The position numbers were made by a program, and so were the translations under genes. Below the pieces are notes generated by a model. It saw nothing but the letters and a program-made list of their open reading frames with translations. It ran no database searches and was not told the origin of the DNA. From NCBI GenBank assembly GCA_902525575.1, contig CABZHU010000001.1, positions 51,376 to 115,375 on the forward strand: a stretch of DNA of 64,000 nucleotides, written 5' to 3'. This document shows, one piece after another, positions 29,786-40,052 of the stretch (position 1 is its first letter; each line of letters begins with the position of its first letter). This DNA is from an uncultured Pelagibacteraceae bacterium. Lineage in GTDB: Bacteria > Pseudomonadota > Alphaproteobacteria > Pelagibacterales > AG-422-B15.

Positions 29786-31111
29786 TTATCTTTGTTCTAA
29801 CTCAGCAAATACTCTTTTATAAAAAATACTATCGTATTTATTTAAGTACATTACAACGATCGCTATTGTCCCCGCAATCGATGGAAAAATATAGCCCATA
29901 ATGAAAAGACCATCCAATGTCTCTTCACTTTGTATTGCTGAATTTGCAATATAATTTGTGCTATCTAATATTACTCCTGCTAACCATGCACTAAAGCCAA
30001 CACTTAACTTGAATACAAATACATGAGCAGAATTAAGTATTCCTTCCGCTCGAAATCCTGATTTCCACTCGCCATACTCAACCGTATCAGCAATCATTGA
30101 CCAGGCCATTACACCTGCCATGCCAAAACCAACGAACCCAGGGCTAGCAATGAATGCCAATAACCAAAAGTTTTCATAACCAGTGATAAAATAAATTATT
30201 AAATCTGTAAAAACATAAAGAAAAGTTCCAATCATGAATAAAGTCTTCTTTTCGAATCTGTGTTTTACTAAATTTACTATATATGCTCCAAGCATAATTT
30301 GTAGAATCACACCCAGTAAAATTGGACTAAAGTATGCTTCTAATTGTAAGTTATATTTAACAAAATAGATTACTGTAAGTTGTTTAATATTATTCGCAAT
30401 CCAAGTAGTAAGAAGAGCTAATACTACAAAGTGTAATGGAAAATTTGTAAAAACCATTTTTATGATTTTTTTTAATCCAACACGTTTTTCATATGGCTTA
30501 GAATAAATCTCTTTAGTATTAAAGAAGCAAAGAAAAGCAAAAATTGCTCCCATGAAAGCTAAACAGCCCACCACAATTGGGAATCCATATTGGGGTGAAC
30601 TAAATAGGCCAACTAAAGGCAATGTTAATACTGCAACAGCAATTGATCCCGAACTGGCCCCTAAAAATCTGAATGAAGCTAAAGAAGTCCTTTCATTTCG
30701 ATCTTGGGTCATGGCAGGAATTAATGAGCCAACCGGTATAGCAATAATTGTATATAGTGTAGTGAAAGTAATGTAGGTGAAAAGAGCCCAGTAAAATTTT
30801 CCTGTTTGAGATAAATCGGGTGAAGTAAAACACAGTATGATCATTATTAAAGCAGGTACAGATCCAAATAAAATATAGGGTCTAAATTTCCCCCATCTTG
30901 TAGAAGTATTATCTGCTATGTACCCCATTATGGGATCAGTAAATGCATCCCAGACTTTCGCTATGAAAAATACCAACCCTGCCTGTGTTGGCGATAAACC
31001 GAAAATATCTGTGTAGAAAAACAGTAGGTAAAATACGGTTAACTGCCACATAATATTGATTGCAAAATCTCCACCGCCATAAAATATCTTTGATCTGGTA
31101 CTTAGTTTCAT
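29786..31111 (-). CDS. Glycoside-pentoside-hexuronide (GPH):cation symporter (MFS)
   Basis: 441 aa, 12 TM. The N-terminal DAFTDPIMGYIADNTSTRWGKFRPY is the GPH/MelB family signature. Confidence 0.8.
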   Translation of the reverse strand: MKLSTRSKIFYGGGDFAINIMWQLTVFYLLFFYTDIFGLSPTQAGLVFFIAKVWDAFTDPIMGYIADNTSTRWGKFRPYILFGSVPALIMIILCFTSPDLSQTGKFYWALFTYITFTTLYTIIAIPVGSLIPAMTQDRNERTSLASFRFLGASSGSIAVAVLTLPLVGLFSSPQYGFPIVVGCLAFMGAIFAFLCFFNTKEIYSKPYEKRVGLKKIIKMVFTNFPLHFVVLALLTTWIANNIKQLTVIYFVKYNLQLEAYFSPILLGVILQIMLGAYIVNLVKHRFEKKTLFMIGTFLYVFTDLIIYFITGYENFWLLAFIASPGFVGFGMAGVMAWSMIADTVEYGEWKSGFRAEGILNSAHVFVFKLSVGFSAWLAGVILDSTNYIANSAIQSEETLDGLFIMGYIFPSIAGTIAIVVMYLNKYDSIFYKRVFAELEQR

Positions 31112-32250
31112 AAATTTTTATAAGTTGTTTCTACTAACTTTAAAGCACGTTGGTCACCTAACATCGATCCAGTAAGTAAATTCATAGTGTAAGCAAAACT
31201 CAGTCCGTTTTCAGGATCACCGAAAGCCATAGAGCCACCCCAACCAGTATGACCAAACGCTTTGCTGCTCTTTCCAAAAAGTTTACCACCTCCCACACTG
31301 TACCCTGCGCAGCTCCATTGCATAGGCGATTTCATAACATTGTCATCACCGCTGACGGCAACCGCTGTTACTAATTTAAAAGTATCATTTGATATGAAGT
31401 TATTTGACTGATGATTTATAAAATGATCATAAATTTTAGCGATTGATCTTGAGTTTCCATGACAATTCATTGCTGGTATTTCGGCCAGTCTCCATTCTGT
31501 TGTATTTGCTGTTTTGGTTCTGTTAGCTGGATTAAGGAATGCAGTAACTAAATAATTATCAACATTTTCTGGATTACTAAAAGCTTTACGTAAACTTTCA
31601 GAACTTATTAACTCAGCAATATTGTCGTGATGTATTTCAGGGGTTCCAATAAAGCACTTTGCTTTCAGAGGCTCACTAAGAAGTTCATGCAAATTTTTTC
31701 CAACTGATTTTTTTGTAATTCTCTTTATTAATTCTCCAACCAGAAAGCCAATAGTTTTAGGATGATAGCAAATTTCTTTGTTGGGTTCATGGAAAGGTTT
31801 TTGTTTTGCAAGCAACTCACAAACATAATCCCATTTATAAAAATCTGTTTCATCAAGAGGTTCTCTCCAACCATAAAGACCTGCTTGATGAGATAAAAGT
31901 GTATTTACCTTAATATCATTTTTTCCATTTTCAGAAAATTCTGGCCAATAATCGCAAACTCTTTTTTCTAATTCTAAATCACCATTATCAATGAGTTTTG
32001 CAACTATCATGGCGACAATTCCTTTACTGGTTGAATGAATATTGACCATTGTTTCTTTATTCCAGCTAATTTTTTTTTCACGGTCTTGAAAACCACCGTA
32101 AAGATCTATGATTGGCTTGCCATCTTTATAAACAGCAAATGATGCACCAACTTCCTCATCACTTTCAATATTTCTCTTAAAAAGTTCATAGGTTTCATGG
32201 AACTTTTCTTCAAATTCTCCATACTTTGTAACAGAACTGATAGTACTCAT
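31108..32250 (-). CDS. Serine hydrolase, class C beta-lactamase/esterase family
   Basis: 380 aa. SxxK motif (HSTSKG), and the HTGWGG region corresponds to the KTG-like box. Confidence 0.7.
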   Translation of the reverse strand: MSTISSVTKYGEFEEKFHETYELFKRNIESDEEVGASFAVYKDGKPIIDLYGGFQDREKKISWNKETMVNIHSTSKGIVAMIVAKLIDNGDLELEKRVCDYWPEFSENGKNDIKVNTLLSHQAGLYGWREPLDETDFYKWDYVCELLAKQKPFHEPNKEICYHPKTIGFLVGELIKRITKKSVGKNLHELLSEPLKAKCFIGTPEIHHDNIAELISSESLRKAFSNPENVDNYLVTAFLNPANRTKTANTTEWRLAEIPAMNCHGNSRSIAKIYDHFINHQSNNFISNDTFKLVTAVAVSGDDNVMKSPMQWSCAGYSVGGGKLFGKSSKAFGHTGWGGSMAFGDPENGLSFAYTMNLLTGSMLGDQRALKLVETTYKNL

Positions 32251-32296
32251 TTATAGTGTAATAAAATTAAATTTATATATTCTTCTTTTAGATTAT

Positions 32297-33205
32297 ATGA
32301 GCGAAGTAAATAACAAAACATATTTAATTGGTTTTATTCTAGCATTATCCGCTGGTTTGATATGGAGTTTTGGTGCACCTACGGTTCGCTATATGGTCGA
32401 TGCTGAAATTTATCAATGGCATTACCTATTTTGTAGAGGCATTGTGGTAGCAACAATTCTCTTAATCTTTCTAATTTATCAAGAAGGATTAGCATTCAGA
32501 CATAATTTTAAAAGGGTAGGTATTTCAGGTTTAATTGGTGGTGTGGGTCTAGCTTCAGCATTTATTTTTTTCATATTTGGAATGACTTTTACTTCTGCAG
32601 CAACAACGTTATTTATGATTGGAACTCAACCTTTATTTGCGGGACTGTTTGCTTACATTTTTCTTAGGGAAAAAGTTGGAATAACAACAGCCATTGCATG
32701 TTTCGTGTCGTTGTTTGGTATGTTTTTAATGGCATACAATGACTGGTATGCTGGCACATTTTTAGGTTGGACTTTTGGATTATTTTGTTCAATTGGTTTT
32801 GCAATATTTGCTTCGACTTTAAGATGGCAGCCTGATACACCAAAATTTACAACGATCATTATTGCTGGGATTGCATGCTCATTATTTTCGATGTGTATGA
32901 TTCTTTATCTTAATGATGGTTATACGATGCCGCTTAGAAATATACTATTGAGCATGATGCATGGTTCTTTTGTAGCAATAGGGTTAATACTTTTAAGTAT
33001 AGGCGCACGCTATTTGCCGGCTGCTGAATTCATGCTTCTCTCTCTTACTGAAGTAGTAGGGGGAGTCATATGGTGTTGGATACCTCTTTTTGGAGTAAAC
33101 GAGGTGCCTTCATCATTCACTCTTATAGGCGGTATGATTATAATTATCGCAATCAGCTTCTATGCTTTAGGCTCCAAACAGAAAACTTCACCACCGACTT
33201 TATGA
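32297..33205 (+). CDS. EamA/DMT-family transporter
   Basis: 302 aa, 10 TM. Confidence 0.65.
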   Translation: MSEVNNKTYLIGFILALSAGLIWSFGAPTVRYMVDAEIYQWHYLFCRGIVVATILLIFLIYQEGLAFRHNFKRVGISGLIGGVGLASAFIFFIFGMTFTSAATTLFMIGTQPLFAGLFAYIFLREKVGITTAIACFVSLFGMFLMAYNDWYAGTFLGWTFGLFCSIGFAIFASTLRWQPDTPKFTTIIIAGIACSLFSMCMILYLNDGYTMPLRNILLSMMHGSFVAIGLILLSIGARYLPAAEFMLLSLTEVVGGVIWCWIPLFGVNEVPSSFTLIGGMIIIIAISFYALGSKQKTSPPTL

Positions 33206-33223
33206 GTAAGAAGAGATTGTTGA

Positions 33224-34387
33224 ATGAATGAAATAGTATCTAATAACTGGAACTATCCGACGCCTATATGGTTTGGGCTTTCACGTAGACTTGAAATTAT
33301 AGGGGCGCTTAATGAGTTAAATATAACCAAACCAATGATTGTTACAGACCCAAATTTTGCAGAAAATGAAAATTTTATTGATATCCTTGCTATTCTTAAA
33401 AAAAATCAGATCGAATTCTCAGTATTTTCAAATATAAAAGGAAATCCCACGGGCAAGAACGTAACGGATGGTGTTGCTCAATTTAATTCAAGCAAAAGTG
33501 ATGGTATAATTATTATTGGCGGAGGAAGTTCTTTGGATGCAGGAAAGGCCATTGCTTTCATGTCGAAGCAAAGGGAGGACCTATGGTTTTTTGAAGATGT
33601 CAGCGACAATTGGAAACAAGCTGTAACTGATAATCTGCCACAAGTAATTGCAATGCCAACAACCTCAGGAACTGGTTCAGAGACAGGAAGAGCTTCGCTT
33701 ATTGTTGATGAAGCAAATATGACAAAAAAAATTATTTTCCACCCATCTTTCTTGCCGGACTTAGTCGTTCTTGATCCTGAGTTAACTTTGAGCTTACCCC
33801 CTCACTTAACTGCTGCCACAGGAATGGATGCACTTGCACATTGCTTAGAAGCCTATTGCGCACGAGGGTTTCATCCAATGGCAGATGGGATAGCTATAGA
33901 GGGAATTAAAAATGTTAAGGATCAATTGGTTACTGCTTATAACGAACCAAAAAATATTCATGCCAGAAGCAAGATGTTAGTAACCTCATCCATGGGTTCC
34001 ACAGCTTTTCAAAAAGGGTTAGGAGCTATTCATTCATTGTCACATCCGATAAATGCAGTAAATGATATTCATCATGGTTTATCAAATGCCATTTTCATGC
34101 CTTATGTTCTTAACTTTAATAAAGATGTAATTGAAGATAGAATTATTTCTCTATCAAAATATTTAGATCTAAAAAAGAAATCATTTGACGGATTCATGGA
34201 ATGGATCTTGGACTTGAGAAGTAATCTTTCTATACCTCATACACTTAAAGAGTTGAATGTTGATTTTGATTTTGACTTACTATCAGAAATGGCCATAAAA
34301 GATCCATCTACTCAACCTAATCCCAAGGACATATCTTTAGATCAAATGAAGAATCTTTACATAAATTCATACGAAGGTATTCTATAA
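33224..34387 (+). CDS. Iron-containing (group III) alcohol dehydrogenase
   Basis: 387 aa. Motifs GGGSSLDAGKA, TTSGTGSE, GMDALAHCLEAY and HSLSHP. Confidence 0.85.
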   Translation: MNEIVSNNWNYPTPIWFGLSRRLEIIGALNELNITKPMIVTDPNFAENENFIDILAILKKNQIEFSVFSNIKGNPTGKNVTDGVAQFNSSKSDGIIIIGGGSSLDAGKAIAFMSKQREDLWFFEDVSDNWKQAVTDNLPQVIAMPTTSGTGSETGRASLIVDEANMTKKIIFHPSFLPDLVVLDPELTLSLPPHLTAATGMDALAHCLEAYCARGFHPMADGIAIEGIKNVKDQLVTAYNEPKNIHARSKMLVTSSMGSTAFQKGLGAIHSLSHPINAVNDIHHGLSNAIFMPYVLNFNKDVIEDRIISLSKYLDLKKKSFDGFMEWILDLRSNLSIPHTLKELNVDFDFDLLSEMAIKDPSTQPNPKDISLDQMKNLYINSYEGIL

Positions 34388-34389
34388 CT

Positions 34390-35130
34390 ATGATTAAAAC
34401 AGAAAAATTAATCTATGGCGCACTTAATTCTGATCAAAAATTTGAAGGATCAATCAGTTATGATGATAGCATAAGTAATCATCGTCCTGGTATCCTTGTT
34501 TGCCATGCATATGGCGGGCATTCATCTTTTGATATTGCAAAAGCTGAAAAATTGGCTGAATTAGGTTATTTTGCTTTTGCAATTGATCTCTATGGTCAGG
34601 GTAGACGAGGTTCTAATCCAGAGGAATCAATGGCACTTATGAATGAATTTAATTCAGATAGAGTATTGCTTCAAGAACGCATGATAAATGCGTTTGAAAC
34701 TCTTAAAAACTTTGATCAAGTTGATAAGAATAAAACTGGGGCCATCGGGTTTTGTTTTGGTGGCAAGTGCGCTCTTGATCTTGCAAGGTCTGGGGAGGAT
34801 ATTAAAGGAGTTGTTAGTTTCCACGGACTTTATGATGCTCCAACAGCGAGTACTGGAAAGCAGTTAAAAGGGACATTAAAAATTGATAGTTCGATCTTAA
34901 TTTTGCATGGCTATGATGATCCTATGGCTACTCCAAAAAGTGTGATTGAACTCGCTGATGAACTAAATTCAAAGAAAGCTAAATGGCAAATTCACGCATA
35001 TGGTAATGTGGGCCATGCTTTTACTAATCCAGAAGCTAATCAGAAAGAAAGCGGATTATTTTATGACCAATATGCTGATGAGCATTCTTGGAATGAAATG
35101 AAAAATTTCTTTTCAAAATTATATTCATAA
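34390..35130 (+). CDS. Dienelactone hydrolase family protein
   Basis: 246 aa. Nucleophile context GFCFGG, and C-terminal HAYGNVGHAF. Confidence 0.8.
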   Translation: MIKTEKLIYGALNSDQKFEGSISYDDSISNHRPGILVCHAYGGHSSFDIAKAEKLAELGYFAFAIDLYGQGRRGSNPEESMALMNEFNSDRVLLQERMINAFETLKNFDQVDKNKTGAIGFCFGGKCALDLARSGEDIKGVVSFHGLYDAPTASTGKQLKGTLKIDSSILILHGYDDPMATPKSVIELADELNSKKAKWQIHAYGNVGHAFTNPEANQKESGLFYDQYADEHSWNEMKNFFSKLYS

Positions 35131-35133
35131 ATA

Positions 35134-36201
35134 TCAGTTAATATTAGTGATTTTGACTTTTTCAGAACCAATCGGCAGTATCGCCATAGTTCCATCATCT
35201 GCTAATGACCAATTGTTTGGACGTACTTCATTAACGCCTCTCACAAAAATTATTTTCGCAATGAAATTTTGAGGGGCTGGTGTCAGATGATAGAATATTA
35301 ACTCTTTTACATTTGCTTCATTGGCAGCTTGGGCAGCCTCAATTGGAGAAGCATGATAATCCTGAATATCGTAATAGACAGTGGATAATAAAGGATTAAC
35401 GTCTTTAGAAATTTCTTCTAATCTTCCTATCATATTTTGAGAGAGAGCATCATGAAACAGTAAGTCTGCATTTTTAGCTTGTTCAACTAAATTTTCACTG
35501 TAGTCGGTATCACCACTTATCACTATGGATCTGCCTTTATAATCGAAGCGAAAACCTAGCGAAGGATCAACTGGAAAATGCTCAACTTCAAAAGCTGTTA
35601 TCTTAAGTTTACCATCATCAAAAATAACTGGATCATTTAAATTAATTATTTTTGTATCAAAGCCGGCAAAGTCAGAAGGGGCTACTTCTTCTCCATGATG
35701 AAGTGTTCTCCACTCAGTGTCTAACTCATATGCTTTTGTTATCCCCTCAGTTACGAGATTGGTACCCAATGGCCCATATACTGGCAGTTTTTTGCCTCTA
35801 TTTTGAGTTACCCATGAGTAGAGGTGAAAGTCAGCTAAATCGGAAATATGATCTGAATGCAAGTGAGTTAATAAAACTGCATCTAAATTACCAAGATTAA
35901 TACTCCAATTTAAAAGGTTTTGCCTGCTACCATCTCCAGTATCAACCACAAACATATGATCAGGAGTTTTTATCATTATGCAAGGCTCGGCTCTTCCCTT
36001 ACCAGGTAAGGGTCCCCGGGATCCACAAACAAGACCAATAATATAATCACCATCAAAACTTATTAATTTATCCTGATTATTCCATTGCCTATCAAAATCA
36101 AATTCTATCAAAAGATTTTGAACAAAAGTAGTTCTTATTCCGATAAGCGCAATAATGAGTATTAAAATTGCGGTTATCAAAAAAAAATAAATTTTTTTCA
36201 T
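35134..36201 (-). CDS. Membrane-anchored MBL-fold metallo-hydrolase
   Basis: N-terminal TM followed by LTHLHSDHISD (the HxHxDH motif). Confidence 0.7.
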   Translation of the reverse strand: MKKIYFFLITAILILIIALIGIRTTFVQNLLIEFDFDRQWNNQDKLISFDGDYIIGLVCGSRGPLPGKGRAEPCIMIKTPDHMFVVDTGDGSRQNLLNWSINLGNLDAVLLTHLHSDHISDLADFHLYSWVTQNRGKKLPVYGPLGTNLVTEGITKAYELDTEWRTLHHGEEVAPSDFAGFDTKIINLNDPVIFDDGKLKITAFEVEHFPVDPSLGFRFDYKGRSIVISGDTDYSENLVEQAKNADLLFHDALSQNMIGRLEEISKDVNPLLSTVYYDIQDYHASPIEAAQAANEANVKELIFYHLTPAPQNFIAKIIFVRGVNEVRPNNWSLADDGTMAILPIGSEKVKITNIN

Positions 36202-36203
36202 AT

Positions 36204-36581
36204 TTATTGGCTAGACATTCTCTTCGATGTTACAAGCAATAAAGTAATAATTAATATTTCAATAATAATAAATTGAGTTGCAAAGGTTGCATCATGTGCT
36301 GCCCATGAGATCACTCTAAATAAAGCAGTAACACCTAAAAGCATCGCGGGTGCATAAAACCAAATACTTCTTAAAGTATAAGCTGCAAGAATCATCATTA
36401 AACCAATGCAAAAAAAATAGCTTCCTACATCACCAATTAGACTACTTCGACCTAATCCTTCGGAAATTTCTAATATACCAAAGTTAGCTCCAGCTTCGTA
36501 GGGAGAAATCACCCAAAGGAGACCAATTGCGATAAACAATACCCCATTGATAGCATTTAAAACGACTAAAAATTTATTCAT
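36204..36581 (-). CDS. Small 4-TM membrane protein (DUF4345-like, tentative)
   Basis: 125 aa and hydrophobic. The family recollection is weak. Confidence 0.4.
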   Translation of the reverse strand: MNKFLVVLNAINGVLFIAIGLLWVISPYEAGANFGILEISEGLGRSSLIGDVGSYFFCIGLMMILAAYTLRSIWFYAPAMLLGVTALFRVISWAAHDATFATQFIIIEILIITLLLVTSKRMSSQ

Positions 36582-36646
36582 AATCTTTCCCCTTTAGTAT
36601 TATTAAATAATGTTTATTTTAATTATAATCAATAATAAGGTTCAAT

Positions 36647-36766
36647 ATGAAAGTTAAAAATAAGATATATTCCACCAAAGATCAGATGAGGGGGGTTTTT
36701 TTGAAACTGCAACTGACAATGAAACATTCTATATGGCTAACTTATATTTTGAAACTAAAGAAATAA
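36647..36766 (+). other. Candidate 39-codon upstream ORF whose stop abuts the GST start (TAAATG)
   Basis: Hand translation: MKVKNKIYSTKDQMRGVFLKLQLTMKHSIWLTYILKLKK. It contains the GGGTTTTTTTGAAACTGCAAC motif (36693..36713), which is shared with 48587..48609. No homology support. Confidence 0.25.
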
Positions 36767-37453
36767 ATGATTGAACTATATACTTCGCCTACACCAAATG
36801 GATATAAGATTTCTGTTGCATTAGAGGAACTTGAAATACCTTACAATGTTCACGTTGTTAACCTACAAGCTGGAGATCAAAAAAAACCTGAATTCTTAGC
36901 AATGAATCCAAATGGACGCATCCCTGTGATTGTTGATATAGAAAATAATAATCTTTCAATCATGGAAAGTGGCGCCCAACTCATTTATTTAGCTGAGAAA
37001 GCAGGAAAACTTTTACCTACCAAAACAACTGCTCGTTCTAAAGTGATTCAATGGTTGATGTTTCAAATGGGAGGAATTGGTCCCATGATGGGGCAGGCAA
37101 ACGTTTTTTTTCGGTATTGGCCTGGCGATAAAATCCAAGCGGCTGTAGATCGTTATCAAAATGAAGGTCGACGATTATTTGAAGTAATGGAAACACGCTT
37201 AAAGGATAATGAATTTTTAGCGGATGATTTTAGTATTGCTGATATTGCTAACTGGTGCTGGGTAAGAACATATAAGTGGTCAGGTATCAAAATAGATGGC
37301 CTGACAGGTCTTCAAAGATGGATGCAAATGATGGAAGATCGACCGGCATGTAAAAAAGGTGTAGCTGTTCCAATTGATATTATGGAGTTGATGAGAAATA
37401 TGAAACAATCAAAAGACTTAACGGATACAGGTTCGAAAATTATACAGAAATAG
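36767..37453 (+). CDS. Glutathione S-transferase, YfcG-like (Nu class)
   Basis: [52 protein letters not shown] closely parallels the E. coli YfcG N-terminus as I remember it. Confidence 0.8.
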   Translation: MIELYTSPTPNGYKISVALEELEIPYNVHVVNLQAGDQKKPEFLAMNPNGRIPVIVDIENNNLSIMESGAQLIYLAEKAGKLLPTKTTARSKVIQWLMFQMGGIGPMMGQANVFFRYWPGDKIQAAVDRYQNEGRRLFEVMETRLKDNEFLADDFSIADIANWCWVRTYKWSGIKIDGLTGLQRWMQMMEDRPACKKGVAVPIDIMELMRNMKQSKDLTDTGSKIIQK

Positions 37454-37462
37454 ATAGATATA

Positions 37463-38500
37463 ATGAATTTACCAAATCCATTAGTAGTACTTGGCGGAGT
37501 GGGGTCACCTTATACTCGCAAAATGCTCTCTTACCTACGGTATAAAAGAATTCCCCATAAAATGATCTGGGGAGACCCTTCAAAATATCTAGATCAGGAA
37601 GGAATAGAAAAACCAAAACCTAGTTTGCTGCCAACGTTTGTATTGCCTGATCAAGATGGAAATTTGAAAGCAGTAACTGACTCCACTCCATTGATAAGAA
37701 GAATTGATGCGGTGGTCAGTGAACGAAGCACCATACCATCTGACCCCGCCCTTGCGTTCGTTAATTATTTAATAGAAGATTTTGCCGATGAGTGGGGTAC
37801 TAAATATATGTTTCATTATCGGTGGCACGATCATAAAGATGCAAATAATGCAGGCACTATCTTACCACTACAAACTATTGGGATGATGCCAGATGAAATG
37901 CTAAAAAATGTTAAAGAAATGATCAGTAAAAGACAAATTGACAGATTGTGGGTAGTTGGTTCAAATAATGATACAGCGCCAATCATAGATGCAAGTTTAA
38001 GGCGCTTATTAGGTATTCTTGAAAAGCATTTTGCATCTGCATCTTACCTATTAAGTAAAAGACCTTCTTCAAGTGATTTTGCTTTATATGGTCAACTATC
38101 CCAGCTTGTTAACTTTGATCCAACTCCGAGAGAAATTTGTCACGAAGTATCTTTGAGAACAGTTGCATGGGTTGGTTTAATTGAAGACCAGTCCGGCATT
38201 GAAGTTACCGATGAACAATGGGGGTCAATTGAACGTTTGCCATCAACAGTCAAAGATTTTCTAACTGAAATTGGAAATGGGTATGTGCCTGCGCAATTAG
38301 CAAATGCCAAGGCTATAGAAAATGGAGATAAAGAATGGGAAACAGAAATTGATAATTGCCTCTGGAAGCAAAAATCATTTCCCTACCAGGCAAAATGTCT
38401 TAAATGGGTAAACGAGGAATATCAGGCACTTGAAGAAAACGATCGAAAAAAAGTTGATAATCTTCTCGATGGCACAGGATGTGAGAGGTTGTTATTTTAA
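37463..38500 (+). CDS. GST-like / thioredoxin-fold protein (long form)
   Basis: 345 aa. The N-terminal GVGSPYTRKMLSYLRYKRIPH resembles a GST_N (Ser-type) domain, and the C-terminal half is helical. Confidence 0.5.
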   Translation: MNLPNPLVVLGGVGSPYTRKMLSYLRYKRIPHKMIWGDPSKYLDQEGIEKPKPSLLPTFVLPDQDGNLKAVTDSTPLIRRIDAVVSERSTIPSDPALAFVNYLIEDFADEWGTKYMFHYRWHDHKDANNAGTILPLQTIGMMPDEMLKNVKEMISKRQIDRLWVVGSNNDTAPIIDASLRRLLGILEKHFASASYLLSKRPSSSDFALYGQLSQLVNFDPTPREICHEVSLRTVAWVGLIEDQSGIEVTDEQWGSIERLPSTVKDFLTEIGNGYVPAQLANAKAIENGDKEWETEIDNCLWKQKSFPYQAKCLKWVNEEYQALEENDRKKVDNLLDGTGCERLLF

Positions 38501-38502
38501 AT

Positions 38503-39144
38503 ATGAAAGTAGATTTATATTTTTCTTTTAGAAGTCCATATTCTTATTTAATTTTGCCACGCATTGTTGAATTGAGGGATAAACATGGCGTAGATGTTAA
38601 TTTTAAGCAAGTTTACCCTCTTGCAATAAGGGAACCAGAATTTTTTAAAGGTAAAAATCTCTTTACTTACTTTTTAATCAGAAGAATTGATTATGTCAGA
38701 CAAGCAAAAAAAAATAATATGGTTTTTGCCAAACCAAATCCTGATCCAATAAATCAAAACTTGGTGACTGGAAAAATTTCTGACCATCAGCCTTATATTT
38801 TTAAGTTAGCGCATTATTGTCAAGCTATTCAAAAAGATAAGCAGCTTGATTTTGCCGTTGTGGTTTCAAATAAAATATGGAGTGGTCTCAAGAACTGGAA
38901 TACAGATGAGTCAATAGCTGATGCTACTTCAAAAGTTGGACTGAAGTTTGAAGATATTGAAAAAATACGCATCGAAAATGAACAAGCATTAATTGATGAA
39001 ATTAAGTTAAATCAAAAAGAACAGCTCGAAGCGGGACATCATGGAGTTCCTCTATCTGTTTACAAAGACAAATTCTTTTTTGGCCAAGACCGTTTTGATG
39101 ATCTGGTTAGTGAATTAAAAAAAGATGGATTAGTAATCAGCTGA
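38503..39144 (+). CDS. DsbA-like 2-hydroxychromene-2-carboxylate isomerase family protein
   Basis: 213 aa. The N-terminal DLYFSFRSPYSYL and C-terminal HGVPLSVYKDKFFFGQDR are typical of the HCCA isomerase/kappa-GST family. Confidence 0.7.
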   Translation: MKVDLYFSFRSPYSYLILPRIVELRDKHGVDVNFKQVYPLAIREPEFFKGKNLFTYFLIRRIDYVRQAKKNNMVFAKPNPDPINQNLVTGKISDHQPYIFKLAHYCQAIQKDKQLDFAVVVSNKIWSGLKNWNTDESIADATSKVGLKFEDIEKIRIENEQALIDEIKLNQKEQLEAGHHGVPLSVYKDKFFFGQDRFDDLVSELKKDGLVIS

Positions 39145-39179
39145 TAAGAAACAAAGGATTTCCTGAGCTACAATATATA

Positions 39180-40052
39180 CTATTGTGCTGATATTCCTCT
39201 TATTCTCTCAGATCTTCTTCGTAATAATTCTGTTACGATCAGAATTAATGTTGAAAGAACAATTAAGCAAGTAGCTACAGCCATAATCGTTGGACTAAGC
39301 TGCTCTCTTAATCCTGTCCACATCTGAAGAGGTATAGTTGTTAAGTTCCTATCGCCTCCAGCAACGAATAAGATTACGACTATTTCATCAAATGACGTAA
39401 CGAATGCAAAGAGTGCACCTGAAATAATTCCTGGTGTAATAAGAGGTAATGTAATTTTAAAAAATGTATTGGTTGGTGTACTGCCAAGACTTGATGCAGC
39501 TCTTGTAATACTGTCATCAAAACCACTTAAGGTAGCAGTTACAGTAATGACAACAAATGGGGTTCCTAAAATTATATGAGCGATTACGATGCCAGGAAAC
39601 GTTGCTGCAAGACCTAATTTAGCAAGAGAAAAGAAGATTGCTGAGCCAGAAATGATAAGTGGGATGATCATTGGTGAAATTAAAATACTCATGATCAATT
39701 GTTTATAAGGCATATATCGACTGCTAAGTCCAAGAGCAGCAACAGTCCCTAAAACTGTAGCACCTATCGTTGCGAAAAAGGCATAATAAATGCTGTTTCT
39801 CGCAGCTATTCCCCATGGATTTTTGGTACCATAGACCATATCTTCATACCATCTAAGCGAGAATGCCTCAGGTTGAAGAGCTAGCATCCCATCAGAAAAA
39901 TGAATGTATTGCTCTGCATTAAATGAAAGTGGAATGATGACAAATAGTGGAGCAATTAGAAAAAAGAAAACGGCAATACAAATAATAATGTATGAGTAGT
40001 GCCAGACTCTGTATCTAGTTTCAGTATATTTAGGTAAAGCCACCTTATCCAA
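39180..40052 (-). CDS. ABC transporter permease (PotC-like)
   Basis: 290 aa, 6 TM. EAA-loop region AASSLGSTPTNTFFKITLPL. Confidence 0.8.
   Translation of the reverse strand: MDKVALPKYTETRYRVWHYSYIIICIAVFFFLIAPLFVIIPLSFNAEQYIHFSDGMLALQPEAFSLRWYEDMVYGTKNPWGIAARNSIYYAFFATIGATVLGTVAALGLSSRYMPYKQLIMSILISPMIIPLIISGSAIFFSLAKLGLAATFPGIVIAHIILGTPFVVITVTATLSGFDDSITRAASSLGSTPTNTFFKITLPLITPGIISGALFAFVTSFDEIVVILFVAGGDRNLTTIPLQMWTGLREQLSPTIMAVATCLIVLSTLILIVTELLRRRSERIRGISAQ

Noticed and set aside
36693-36713. Reading the GG...TTGAAACTGCA motif as a sigma-54 (-24/-12) promoter.
   Set aside because: The GG-to-GC spacing is 14 nt (and longer in the 48587 copy), not the canonical 11 nt of TGGCAC-N5-TTGC.
30924-37092. 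Additional CCCA-N3-TGGG matches at 30924..30934 and 37082..37092 as operator sites.
   Set aside because: Both are inside coding sequence and explained by codons (D-P-I-M-G and G-P-M-M-G). They lack the CCCAA half-site, and they are recorded because they weaken the significance of the intergenic pair.
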